The notes under the pieces were generated by a model. That model worked only from the letters and a program-made list of their open reading frames with translations. It was not told where the DNA came from and did no database searches. Below are positions 30,063 through 42,637 of a stretch of 64,000 nt of DNA, in pieces. The position numbers were made by a program, and so were the translations under genes. The stretch is from the human T2T-CHM13v2.0 reference genome, Homo sapiens. Location of the stretch: the NCBI GenBank assembly GCA_009914755.4, contig CP086569.2, positions 4,768,001 through 4,832,000 of the forward strand. The letters are read 5' to 3'. Each line of letters starts with the position of its first letter. The first letter of the stretch is position 1.

Positions 30063-32657
30063 TTATTTTATATTGAGAATGCTCTCTAGTCTTCTGGTTA
30101 TGTTATACTGCCTGACCTAATTTTCAAGACTGTAGTATTACCTATAATCTTTATGAGATTTATTGTTTTACCTGTCTTCAGCTTCTATTTTAGAGATGGA
30201 ATGGATCCTTAAAGATCATGTAGTATCCTAGTCTGCCTCTATTATTTGACAAATGATGGAACCAAGGCCCAGAGAAAGAACTGACCTTTAATGAGCAGCT
30301 ATTTTATGTCAGGTAATGTGCTAGGTACCATACCTATGTTAGTTCTTTATCTCAGAGAGGTTATAACATTAGTAAGTGGCAGAGAGACAGTCTATAGTTA
30401 AGTCTGATTGACTCTTAAGTTCTCCTTCCACTATACTACATCAGAATTCTGGCAGATCCATGGCTCCCCAATCTCCTGGTTTGAAGTCCATAGGCCCTTC
30501 CCTTTTAGCACTAACCTATTACATTTCTCCTCTGCTCTATAAAACACGAAGTTCAATTATATTTTCCCAACACTCTTTGCACCTTCCTAGATGCATTCTC
30601 TTCTATTTAAGCTCAGGCAGATAATCTTGTATATGATTATTTTTATTAGATTTTCATAAAGTTGGCAAGCACTACATTCATTCTGGAAGCTACTATTATT
30701 AGCAGATATTTGCCGTGGAGCATAATTTCCTATGAACACATCAGTTGGGAAATGCAAATAGCATAGACAAGGAAGTCTTTCTTCCTTCACCTACTCCCAT
30801 TTCTAATATATGAACCCAGGACAAACTTTGAAGATAGTAGCTATTCAAAAAGTTTTAACTGAACTTTCTGCAGATATTGTGTTGCAAGCCCTAGCTCTGT
30901 TTTCCATTCTGCCTTTGCAATCTTTAAAATATAATATGATTCTAATGTCCTGCAGTTTGGTAAGTCACAGGATGAGTTTGATGGAGGAGGGAATATATAT
31001 ACATCACCAAATCTAAGTGTAAAGTAATTTTGACATCAATTTATAATGAAAAGGAGCATTTTGATACATTAAATATAGCTATGAATTTCTACCTAGCCTG
31101 ATTAGACTTTTTGGTAATCACCAGAAATATATATCAAATATGGATCATCAGATATCTATAGAAGGGAAGGAAAGTTATCAATTCAAACAATATGAATTTT
31201 CAATTTAGTCAGAATTACTAACTTTTGCTTATATAACATAAATTGGAAATATATTTTGTTTCTGGATTGTGCTTCCTAATTTAACTATTTAATTCATATG
31301 TAACAATTGCAACATTAATTTTTAATATTGTCAAAGATATACAATGCCATACTATAAATACATTTTGTTCCAAAGAGGCAAAGTTCATCATTTATTTAGG
31401 AAGCTGCATTAACTCCTTACGTCCACTTAGGGAACATACATCAAATGCCTCTGCTACATTAAGTTCTAGAAATTAGAATTTATAAAAAGGAGAAAAAGAG
31501 GGAAGGATTAATTCAAGGAAAATTCTGTGAGTGTTTGCTAGGTGCCAGGCATAGTGCTAGGCACACTGAAAAGCAAGGTGTGGTGGGCCATGACTGGGCT
31601 TTAAAGACAGACCTTTTTTTTTCCAAATCTGGATTTGCAGGTTTTAGCTGCATGGTCTTTATCCTGTTTGAACCTCAGGATCTTCATCTTTCTAGTGATA
31701 TCAAGATGTCTAATCAACAGGATCATGAGGAGTAAATTAGATAGTATAAAAAAATGTACATAGCACAGCATAAAGGAGTCAATAAGTATAAGACTTCTTC
31801 TACATAGATGAACTCATCTAATCTTCTTATAATATTACGAGCTAGATATCATTGGTATCATACTCATTTTAAAGATTGAGCTCTCAGAGAGCTCAATAAT
31901 TTGCCCCAGCCGAATTTAGCCAATTTCTTGTTCATTCTCCTGTACCAAAGCTATCTCAGATCAACAGTCTAGGTGATTCTACTTTATTAACTGCTTAATT
32001 AGAGCTCACTTGCATGGTAGGAATGTTGCTTCCTAAACCCTGCCATTGTGTGTTCTTTATGGGAGCCTGAGTAGAAATATTGAGTATAGCTCTGGGCAGT
32101 AATGTAACTTTAAAGCCTTTCCAGTTGTAGGTGAATGTACTTTTAAATATAGCTGATATAAAGTTTTGTCTTCTAATGATAGTGAAAATTATTGACAATA
32201 TTGACTAAGTGGTAGAATCATAAAATGTCAGATGAAGATAAGAGTCAGAATGTGTGCATGACTTGCCCACGGTTATTCAGTTAGATTTTAATAGAATCAG
32301 GTGATGAGTTTTAATCTCCTGACTTTCAGTTCAGGATTCTTACCACTGCATACACATTCTATTTACTATGTGACAACACTGTAACAACTGTATGAAATGG
32401 CATTAAATACTATTAAAATTAAGAAAAAGTGAAGCTAACAAAAACAAAACCATTCTAGGAGCCAGACCATTGTTGAGGTTTAGCTTTCCTATCTAATATA
32501 TCTACTGTGACCTTGGAAAATCAATCATCTTCTCTGTCTGAGACTCAATTTCTTCTTGTGTTAAATGGGGATGATGGATTGTTCAGAACCTCAATGAGAT
32601 GACTTTTCAAAAAGCATTTGTAAAATGAGAACTTTTCATAATTGTTACCAATACCAC

Positions 32658-33172
32658 GTTTATTAGGGTTCTCTAGAGGGACAGAACCAATAGTATAGAT
32701 GTATATATTACAGGGAGTTTAATAAGGAGTATTGACTCACACTATCACAAGATGAAGTCCCACAATAGGCTGACTGCAAGCTGAGGAGCAAGGAAGCGAG
32801 TTCGAGTCCCCAAACCTCAACAGTAGGGAAGTCGACAGTGCAACCTTCAGTCTGTGGTCAAAGGTCCAAGAGTCCAAAAGCTGAAGAACTTGAAGTCCGA
32901 TGTTTGAGGGCAGGAAGCATCCAGCATGGGAGAGAGATGTAGGCTGGAAGACTCAGCCAGTGTATTCTTTCCAGTTTCTTCTGCCTGCTTTTATTCTAGC
33001 CGTGCTGGCAGCTGATTAGATTGTGTCCACCGATTGAAGGTGGGTCTGCCTTTCCCAGTCCACTGACTCAAATGTTAATCTCCTTTGCCAACACCCTCAC
33101 AGACACATGCAGGAACAATACTTTGCAAACTTCAATCCAATCAAGTTGACACTCAGTGTTAACCATTGTAAG
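32658..33172 (+). mobile_element. LTR-like interspersed repeat (copy a of 3 in window). The head is GGGTTCTCTAGAGRRACAGAACCAATAG, followed by an internal TA-rich microsatellite. The tail is ...CAAGTTGACAC...ATTAACCAT(CACA). Probably a solo LTR of the ERVL/MaLR superfamily; the exact family name is not certain.
   Basis: It shares clear homology with 58264..58795 (reverse complement) and 61066..61473. The recurrent segments include ...ttctattcaggccttca...gattggatgaggccc...tgaaggtgggtctgcctttcccagtccactgactcaaatgttaatctc...ccctcacag.... Confidence 0.55.
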
Positions 33173-33479
33173 TCCACCCCTTTTCAACTTGAACCCATAT
33201 ACATCTCCTGAAATTATATATATATACATATAAAATCTTCAAATAATTACACCTAACATAATAGAGCTATCCTTTGTATAACTGGAAACACACCAATCCC
33301 CAACCTAAATGTTATTACATAAAGTTAACAATAGTTAAATGCTGATATGAAATCAATGACTCTTATGTCACATGATAAAGAAAAAAGAAAGGAAATAAAA
33401 TGAAGACATTTTCTTAGTACAAGTGTATACATGCACAAACATGTTCTTAACAAAATAAGGAAGAAACACTCATGACAAT

Positions 33480-34320
33480 TATAGTCCTTGTTTCTGCAAC
33501 TGGCCACATGGCCATAGCTGGTATTGATAACTACCTTCTTCTACTGCCCATTCTGTATTCCCTTTGCCTTCAGCAAGCACCTCAGCAGGTTGTGGTTTTT
33601 ACCTGGTGGAGTGGCCCAGACCTTTATTCCTGAAGAGTCTGGACCATTTGTAGTCCTGCCTGGATTGGGCTGTTGTAGTTTCCAATTGACCTTAATCACA
33701 GGGCATGGTAATACCAAGAGATGCCCTAAGGGGTCTCCTTTATTCCATGTATACTATTCCCTACCTCCATTGTGGAGTAGTAGACTGGTTTCATCTCGAT
33801 AGTCGGGGTCAATTACCCCAGCAAACACTGTAACTCCCTTCTTAGCCTGTTGACTTAGAGGTAGGAGGAGCCCAGAGTGGCCAGGTAGCAATCTTAACTT
33901 CCAGTTTAATGGAATTGTTGTTGTGTCTCATGGTGGCAGCATTCCTCCCTCTGGAGTTAAGACCTCTAGGCCAGCAGAACGTAATGTCATGGGAACAGGA
34001 AGCAAAAATTCTTCTAGTAGGTTACTGGGGTGATGGTGAGTGGTGCCACTTCCACTTCCACCACTTGATTCCTGGACCTGTGAATCCTGGCTATGAGAGG
34101 AAGCAGTACCATATATTGGACAGTGATTCAGAGGATACACAGCCTTCTGGAGAACTTTGCCCCATCCCTGTAAGGCCATTCACAATTCTATCAATCCAGC
34201 TGCTTCAGGATGATGGGGAACACTGTGGAACTAAACAAGGCTTTCAACCTGCTGTACAATTAGGTTTGCTCCCTCATAAAACACTGAAATGATGGGCCTT
34301 TGATTACAGACATCTCAAGA
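33480..34320 (-). mobile_element. ERV class III (ERVL-like) internal fragment. The minus strand carries a degenerate dUTPase-like domain with a stop inside.
   Basis: The reverse-strand translation around 33790..33840 reads VFAGVIDPDYRDETSLLLHNGGRE*YTWNKGDPLGHLLVLPCPVIKVNWKLQQPNPG. The G-V-I-D-x-D-Y-R-[GD]-E motif is characteristic of dUTPase motif 3, which ERV-L elements encode. Confidence 0.5.
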
Positions 34321-37280
34321 TTTTATGCAAGTATCCAAAATGTCCAACTTATGATTATATGGGGGTGACTGTAAGACTCCTGTGTTTCTGAAATGCAACT
34401 TCTAATTCATGAACTACATTTATACCAAGTATGTCTTAGAATAGCTCATAAGCACATGAAATCAAATTCCATAAAACCACGGGTTTTGTATGGCACTTAA
34501 TTAAGGAAACTGAACAGCTTTCAGTGGCAAGTAAGGCGATTTCAGAAATGGTAACTATAGTGATTCTCCTCAAAATTAGAAAGAGAAGGAGAAAACTGTT
34601 CTTGTGTGTCTACTCTGTGTCAGGCACACTGGGGCCTCAGGAAGTGAATGAGCTTCAGAATCAGGGAACATGGTTTGTAACACTGACTTTTTAGCTGCTG
34701 GGCCTTGCATAAAACTGTTTAAGATTTCTGAGCCTTAGGATCTTTAACTATAAAAATGGCAAAAATAATGTCAAACTCCCAGGTTTGTTGTGTAAATTAA
34801 ATTAGATAACCTATGAAATGTGACTGGGATATAACAGGCACTTGATAAGCATTATGCCCCTTCTTCACCAGTTACCTCAACTAACCTGCCCAGCTACCTG
34901 GTAGGCAAGTAATGTTGTCACATCACAAACAAAACTAGGAGACTGAGTTTCAGAGTTTCAGCAATTTGCTCAAGCTCAGGTAATTGGTAAGTGGCCTGAT
35001 TGGAATTTTACCAAGATTGGCCTAACTCTCACTTCCCAGTCCTTTCCTGTCAGCCTTTCTGACTCTGGAATAAGACCTCAAATGCCACTGTTCAGTGGTA
35101 GTTTATCAACTCATAAGATATATGTCTTTTTCACATTCTTTCTCCATAGGCATAGGGAGATATTATGTAAGTATTACTCTCTTTTCTGAATTACCAATAA
35201 ATTACTTTAAGGGGGATGTTTATAATAAAATGATAAGAATATGACTTATTATGTGATTTTAATATTAGACATTTTACTCTATTATCACTCTATGATCTTT
35301 GAAATTATAAACACTTCATTCCATGAATGTGGATGGGTATCTTACAAAGATAACTAATTAAAATAGGTATCCCAAGATAAAACGTAAAGACAAAATTTAA
35401 TTTAATTTTTATTTGACTGGTTTCAGAATACATACTACTTAGGCTCGCCAGGCATACATTCATGAAAATAAATCCCTAAAATACAACACAGTATGGGAAT
35501 AATTCCTATTTTTGAGTTTGAAGAAGCCATTAAGGGCTAGAGTAAATTGGGAAAGACTCGTGGAAGAGATTGAACATGATTTGGTCCCTAATGCAGGATT
35601 TGGAAAAATGGAGAGAAAGGAAAAGTCCCAGTTGGTAGGAATTAAATAAGCTAAAACATATGTCATATTTTTGGAGCAATGTTTTCAGCTACTGTTGAGA
35701 CACATTTAAGAAGATGTTAGGGCCATGTTATTGACAATTTTGTGGAGGCAATAAAAAACAAATGAAAGAAATTTCTATATTTATTTTTGGAATAGTGTTT
35801 CTCATGTGTCCTGCTCAAACGGGAATGTTACGTCAACCACCTACACTTCCTCAATTCCCAATTGCTCTTCAAAACATCTTAATCTAGTCTCTATCCCCTC
35901 CATTCACTACTCATATGTCTCATGTAGTTAGCAGTGGCCTCCTATTTGCCAAACTCAATGGACATTTTTTATTTCCATCTTTCTGCTCTATTCGGCATTT
36001 TTCCTCATTCATTCACTCCTTTTGAAGTTCTATTTTCTTAGCTTGCATGATGATATTCCCTTCTGATTTTTTTTGGCCTTCTGATAATTCCATTTCTTTT
36101 TCTGTGTGGTAATTTCATCTGTCCACTGCATAAGTGTTAATTTTCTTAGAGTTATATCCTCAGCCTGTTCTCATCATTTTATACTCTCTCTGTTGTTTTA
36201 TATATAACCTATATCCTGATGAGTTCTGATCTCCATATACAGTCCTGGTCCCTCACCTGAGATTTTGACTGATACATCAAGTTCTCCTATAAACATCTCC
36301 CCTTCACTGGTCCATGGAACTTCAAGCTCTACTCGCTCTAAATTGGATTGATTCCCTTCAAATTCCTTTTCCCAAATCTGGTTTCTTACCTACTTCAACT
36401 GATAGAGTCACCATTCATTCAAGTCACTCAAGTTAAAAATCTCAGTAACATCCTATGCTTCCTTCTCTCCCCCTCCCCTTCATTCCAATTGTTCAACAAC
36501 ATTTTTTTTTCTGACTTTACATTTAAAATATTTTTAAAATAATGAAAATGATAGCAGATAATATTTTTCAAAATGTACTACATGCAAGGTATGGTGCCAA
36601 GAATTTAAAAAGTATTAACTTTCATACTACAGGTACTATTTTTCCCATTTCACTTATGGGGAAAATGGAGCTCACGAAGGTTCATTGTCTTGCTATATGT
36701 CACACAAATACTATTTGGTAAAGCTGTTATTTAAATACAAATGTTTACATTCCAAATTCTGTATTCTTAAACACAAGAGTAGCATTTATTGCTTCTATCT
36801 CTACTCCTGTATCCTATTTTAAGTTCTTTTCATGTTTTATGTGGACAACTGAGATAGCTGCTTAGCTGGCATTCATCATATCTCTAATCTTGTTTCACTC
36901 AAGTCAGCTTCCACATAGCCAATGAAGATTCTATTTCACTTGCAAATCTCATCATCCCACCCCTCTGCTTAAAATCCTTCATTGGATCCTCATAAGTTTC
37001 AGTATAAATACCTATTTTTTAGTATACTAAACAAAACTCTCCATGGTGTGGTCTTGTGCTTAATTTTCAGCTTGAGGTCTCATTCATCCCTGGGTCATAG
37101 TTTACGCTTCAGAGATATCATATCACTTGCAGTTTTCTACTATACAGCATGCTGGTTTTAGTTTCTACAAATTCATTCATATTTTTTTGTAGTGGAGACT
37201 TGCTCTTTGCCATTCTATTTACATAACATGATTAAATTCCACAGAGTCATTGTGACTCAGCTCAGGTTCCTCTATGTGCA

Positions 37281-37300
37281 TGTGTGTGTGTGTGTGTGTG
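37281..37300. repeat. (TG)10 microsatellite
   Basis: tgtg run. Confidence 0.9.
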
Positions 37301-37800
37301 CACGCATGTGCGCGTGTATAAAATATTTGAGTAGGAAAAAAATGTGATAACAAATATTTTGAGATGATTAATTAAAAATTATAATGACAAATGGAAGGCA
37401 AGTTTTAAAGTAGGAAAATCAGCTAGGAGAACCAGAACATTGAATTAAGAACAAAATAAGGGATAAGGGCCAGGACTAGGGTAGTAGAGGTGGGAAATGA
37501 AAACAGGGACTGACGAATGAGATGGTGGAGGGGATCAAATAGAGTATATTTTCTAAAACAACTCCAAAATTGAAGGCAGTTGACTAGAAATTAGCAATTG
37601 GGGTTTGAACTAAGATAATCAGGAGTGTAAGTTTTGTAAAGAAGTAGGAGTTGAGGAGATGGAGAACAAATGTGTAGATGTTTTACATGTAAAGATGGTA
37701 AAACTCTAATTCCTTTTAACTGTGGGACAAAAGGGTGAGAAGATGGGTGTGGGGATTAAATACTTTGAAATGTAGGAAATAGTATATGATAAAGCTATTA

Positions 37801-37878
37801 TATTATGTTGGTGCAAAAGTAATTGTGGTTTTTGCGATTAAAAGTAATGACAAAATTACTTTTAAAAATTACTTTTGC
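37801..37878. mobile_element. MADE1 (Hsmar1-derived mariner MITE), an ~78-bp near-perfect palindrome inserted at a TA dinucleotide. This is the element type that gives rise to miR-548-family hairpins.
   Basis: Window: ttatgttggtgcaaaagtaattgtggtttttgcgattaaaagtaatgacaaaattacttttaaaaattacttttgcaccaacctaa. MADE1 consensus: TTAGGTTGGTGCAAAAGTAATTGCGGTTTTTGCCATTAAAAGTAATGGCAAAAACCGCAATTACTTTTGCACCAACCTAA. It is flanked by TA on both sides. Confidence 0.8.
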
Positions 37879-38756
37879 ACCAACCTAATATCATAAGTAA
37901 ATGGATATTTAGCACAGTTTAACATATGATGGGGAATAGTCTGAAGTTAAAGGCAGCAGTACGACTACATATTTACATTTCATCATCACTATATAGTTTA
38001 GTGGAAGCATCCAACTATGATTGACTGATTAATAAGCCAAGAGTTTCTTCAGCTATAATTCAATTTGGATATTATATTTCTCAAAAATAACTTGTACTTG
38101 TTATTTAATTGTTAGTAATTGATCCTTTTCTGACTATAAAATAGTATAAATTAATTGTAGAACGTTTGAAAAATACAGATGAATAGAGATATAATAGAGA
38201 AGAAAAATAGAAATTACCTATAATCCTACCAACTCAATGATAATAAGTGTTACTTCAGTGCATATTCTTTCAATCTTTTTTCTGTGTGCTCATTTTTATT
38301 TTATTAAATACTCTTCTCAAATAGGATGTTTGATAGCTACATAATATTGCATCACATAGACATTCTATAATACATTTAGATATCCAATATTAATGAATGG
38401 TTTTATTTTTATGCTATTATAAACAAACTATAATGAACCTTCTTGAACATAAATCCCTTTGTGCACCGATCCAACAGCCAACAGTGTAATTCACAAAGAA
38501 ACACTGGAGGCAATTCCATTAAAATCTATAATAAGCTAAGGACAATTTGTTTAAAATTGTTTTAGACATTTCATTTACAACAGTAGTACAGGGGAAAAGA
38601 ATAAATATTAAAAAGAAAAATATAGTGCTATTTATTGTTTATAATGATCTTCCACCAAGAAACTCCAAGAAAAACTTCTGGTAGTATAAAGAGGAACAGC
38701 TTTTATTTTTTACTTTTTTGTTGTTTATTATTATTATTATTATTGTTATTATTATT

Positions 38757-38947
38757 TTGAGATGGAGTCTCACTCTGTCACCCAGGCTGGAGTGCACTAG
38801 TGCAATCTCGGCTCACTGAAGCCTCAACCTCCCAGGCTCAACCTCTTTTACTGCCTCAGCTTCCCAAGTAGCTGGGACTACAGGTGTGCACCACCATGCC
38901 CAGCTAATTATTTTAGTTTTTGTAGGGACAAGGTCTCACTATATTCC
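38757..38947 (-). mobile_element. Old Alu (AluJ-like) fragment, antisense, truncated, preceded by a (TTA)n simple repeat
   Basis: ttttgagatggagtctcactctgtcacccaggctggagtgcactagtgcaatctcggctcactgaagcctcaacctcccagg...gctgggactacaggtgtgcaccaccatgcccagctaatt..., then it diverges. Confidence 0.8.
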
Positions 38948-40973
38948 CTCAGGTGAAAGAATAGCTTTTAAAAGTCAGCTTTCATGATGTGTAGTAAAGT
39001 CAGTAATTCTACTTCCAGAAATTTATTGTACAGATAAATAAGAAAAATATTTAAAAGCTACTGAGTTTTAAAAGATATTTGTATACTATCTCATCAGTTA
39101 TCAATACTCTAACGGATAATCTATCATTATTAAATGCTTTTCTCTTTTTCATATAATAATTGCTTTTTGTATAAAAGTAATTTTATAGAGAAATTCAGTT
39201 TACAAAGTTTAGACTTATATATTTTTAGTTATATTTTATGCCTAATTGGAAAGTAATGCCTAATTAATAAAGTGTTTTTCAAGACACATGATATTTTCAT
39301 TTTTCTTTTTGTTGTTTTTTTCCTCTGTGTCAACTCTACACTTTTTTTTACTAAGGTATGAAATGACAATCAACTAATTTTCTCAAGATTTGAAACTTTT
39401 GTTTCTAAAAAATAAACTAAATTGTGCCTTTTTCTAAGTGTTTAACTGTGCCATGGTGCCATTCAGAAGAATAAAAGTCTGCCCAATTTATTGTGACTTT
39501 TCCTGCATAATTTCTATGTACATTAAACAGGTTTATAATTCACTTGTTCTTAGACTTCATACATATAATTAGTCATTTGTCATTTATATATTTCAAAATC
39601 ACTGCTTCAGAGAAATAATGTAGAAGCATCATGGAGGTTATGGCTTTCTATGTACATATAAGATCTTTACGTTTGAGGATCATATTTAAAGACTAAAAAA
39701 TTATAATGTACTTGACTCATATATTCAAAATTGTGATAAAGAAGACATTTTTAGCTTACAATTTGCTCTAGAAGATAACATCAACTTACTAAAGATATGT
39801 AGAGGTAACTTTTAACCTTATGTTAACCAAATTCAACATATTGAAATATTTGTTTCCTATGCTGCATATGGGCAGTGAAACAAATAAACAATTATACACT
39901 GAGGATTCTTTAGCATCTTCCCATTTTGTTTTAATTTAGAGTACAGAAGACTTCACCTTCTGTCACTATTAGAATAAGAGAAACAAGCTGAATCAACAGT
40001 GGCCCAATATATTAACCACTTTGATAAAAGTGACCTTGTATTTGATCAACGTCTAGACCAGAGATTCACAACACTGGCTGTGCATTAAAATTGCATTTGG
40101 AGGTCAGAATCTATCCTAAGAAATTATAATAGAGGTCTGAGTTGAAGCCTAGCTATCTTTGTTGTCAGCCTGACAGGTGATTTATATGAGCAAACAAGGA
40201 TGATAATCACTGAACATAAACATACATGCATCCATTAATTGACTGCTTATCTACATATTTGAAATATTGCCCATTAATAACCTTATACTCACTAGACTGA
40301 GCATTTGAAAAGCAAACACAACGCCTTTATTAACTTCGTAACCCTAGTAACCAGCTTGGTTTCAGCACATAGGCACTCAGGAAAATTAATTACTTAATTA
40401 ATTAATTATGGTCATATGAACTCATTAAATTAACGAAGAATCATGGCATTTGTTAGATTCATAGGTAGTGACAAACAAAATGTTTGTGAAATTCCTTTTT
40501 AAATATCAAACACAAAACCACTTTGGAACAAATTTTTATTACTCTTTTACTCTTTTTTTCAAAGAAGGATAAATCACTTGAGGAAAACAAAAAATAATTT
40601 TTGCTAGAAAGATATTTTCACCAATAATGTGCTAATGCACACACTGTGGCCAAGGAATACATTTTCGGTAACTCTGCCAACTTCATGCCATACAGACAAT
40701 ATATAGTTTGTAATGCTATTTTTAAAATAAAATGACATGACTAGTGAAAGTATGTACTACCACACTATTTACACTAGTACACTATTATAATTCTAAAACA
40801 TAAGCAGTTATTACAATGATTTTAGTGTTTTTGTACATAGTTGATCTTCAGATAGAGATAAGGTGAATATGGTATTTATTTTTTATTTGCTGAGTGGATT
40901 CTAAATTTCTGTTACTTCCCCAAAGAGCAACCACTGGCACACACATGCATGTACATGATACACACCACCCTCA

Positions 40974-41000
40974 ACACACACACACACACACACACATACC

Positions 41001-41053
<53 letters not shown>
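40974..41053. repeat. Compound (CA)n(GA)n microsatellite, about 20 + 19 units
   Basis: cacaca...catacccacacacacacacagagagagagag... run. Confidence 0.95.
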
Positions 41054-41054
<1 letters not shown>

Positions 41055-41239
41055 CTGACATAAATTTATTTTAATAGACAAATATAAATATTTAAATTGT
41101 CATGGTCTTAAATACTACCAATGGTTTTCAATTTATATTTAAAAAATCAATTTTAATATATTGCCAATGTCAAGGACAGCCATATATACTTTAGTTATTT
41201 CTTTAACAGTTTTTCAAACAATCACAGTTATGTAATTCC

Positions 41240-42637
41240 TTGTTTTAAATTTTATTTTAAGGTCAGGGGTACAAGTTCAAGTTTGTTAGATAGGTAAACT
41301 TGTGTCATGGGGGTTTGTTGTACAGGTTATTTCATCACCCAGGTATTAAGCCTAGTAGCCATTAGTTGTTTTTTCTGGTCCTCTCCCTCTTCCCACCCTC
41401 CACCCTCTGAAAGGCCACATTGTGTGTTGTTCCCCTTTATGTGTTCATGTGCTCTCATCATTTAGCTTCCTCTTATTAGTGAGAACATGCAGTGTATGGT
41501 TTTCTATTCCTGTGTTAGTTTGCGAAGAATAATGGCCTCCAGCTCCATCCATGTCCCTGCAAAGAACATGATCTTGTTCTTTTTTATGCCTGCATAGTGT
41601 TCCATGGTATACATGTACCACATTTTCTTTATCCAGTCTATCACTGATGGGCATTTAGGTTGATTCTATGTTTTGCTATTGGAAGATACCCTAAGCAATA
41701 CCATTCAGGACATAGGCATGGGCAAAGATTTCATTATGAAAATGAGAAAAGCAATTGCTACGGAAGCAAAAATCAACAAATGGGATCTAGTTAAACAAAA
41801 GAGCTTCTGCACAGCAAAACAATCAAGTAAACAGAAAGTAAACAGAAAACCAACAGAATGGAAGGAAATTTTGCAAACTATGCATCCAATAAATGTCTAA
41901 TATCCAGCCTCTATAAGAAACTATAAGCCTCTATAAGGAACTTATTACCAAGAGCAAAACAAACAACGCCATAAAAAAGTGGGCAAATGAAATGAACAGA
42001 CACTTCTCAAAAGAAGACTTACATGTGGCCAACAATCATTTGAAAAATATCTCAACATCACTGATCACTGAAAAAATGCAAATCAAAACCACAGTGAGAT
42101 AGCAACTCACACCAGTCAGAATGGCTATTATTAAAAAGTCAAGGCCAGATGTGGTGGCTCACGCCTGTAATCCCAGCACTCTGGGAGGCCGAGGCAGGTG
42201 GATCAACTGAGGTCAGGAGTTTGAGACCAGACTGGCCAACATTGTGAAACCCTGTCTCGATTAAAAATACACAGATTAGCTGGGCATGGTGGGACTGTGC
42301 CAGTAATCCCAGGTACTTGGGAGGCTGAGGCAGGAGCATTGCTTGAACCCGGGAGGCAGAGGTTGCAGTGAACAAGATCGTGCCATTGAACTCCAGCCTG
42401 GGTGACAGAGTGAGACTCTGTCTCAAAAAAAAAAAATGTCAAAAAATAACAGATGCTGATGAGGTCGTGAAGAAAAAGGAATTCTTATATACTATTCATG
42501 GGAGTATAAATTAGTTCAGTCACTGTGGAAGACAGTGTGGAAATTCCTCAAAGACCCAAAGACAGAAATACCATTCAACCCAGCAATCCCATTACTGGGC
42601 ATATACCCAAAGGAATATAATTTATTCTATTATAAAG
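41240..42637 (-). mobile_element. Old L1 (L1PB/L1M-like) insertion with a twin-priming (5'-inversion) structure. The minus-oriented 3' segment with tail lies at 41243..41666. The inverted, plus-oriented ORF2 segment lies at about 41675..42637. It is flanked by a 16-bp TSD CACAGTTATGTAATTC and carries a nested Alu.
   Basis: Segment 41243..41666 is the reverse complement of the L1 3' end (gaatcaacctaaatgcccatcagtgatagactggataaagaaaatgtggtac...cttaatacctgggtgatgaaataacctgtacaacaaacccccatgacac...), with a T-rich tail at 41241..41262. The adjacent plus segment encodes an ORF2 fragment (ORF 41673..41900: ...GMGKDFIMK...[15 protein letters not shown]...) and runs to ...ccaaaggaatataatttattctattataaagacac. 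The TSD is at 41224..41239 and 42638..42653. Confidence 0.85.
42143..42436 (+). mobile_element. Alu (AluS-like) nested inside the inverted L1 segment, splitting the L1 ORF2 sequence aaaaagtcaa|aaaataacagatgc
   Basis: ggccagatgtggtggctcacgcctgtaatcccagcactctgggaggccgaggcaggtggatcaactgaggtcaggagtttgagaccagactggccaac...ctgtctcaaaaaaaaaaaa. L1 sequence resumes immediately after the tail. Confidence 0.9.

Noticed and set aside
33909-34292. 127-aa plus-strand ORF
   Set aside because: It lies opposite the ERVL-like dUTPase remnant and has no motif support. The retroviral-like coding signal is on the minus strand and is itself interrupted by a stop.
32658-34320. Interpreting the LTR copy a plus the adjacent ERVL-like internal sequence as one provirus
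   Set aside because: The LTR-like copy reads 5' to 3' on the plus strand, whereas the dUTPase-like coding sense is on the minus strand. Without a second LTR and consistent orientation this cannot be called a single element.
35760-36540. Pyrimidine-rich, low-complexity-looking block suspected to be an ancient repeat (MIR/L2/MER)
   Set aside because: No diagnostic consensus segment that I can match by eye. Probably an old diverged repeat, but unsupported.
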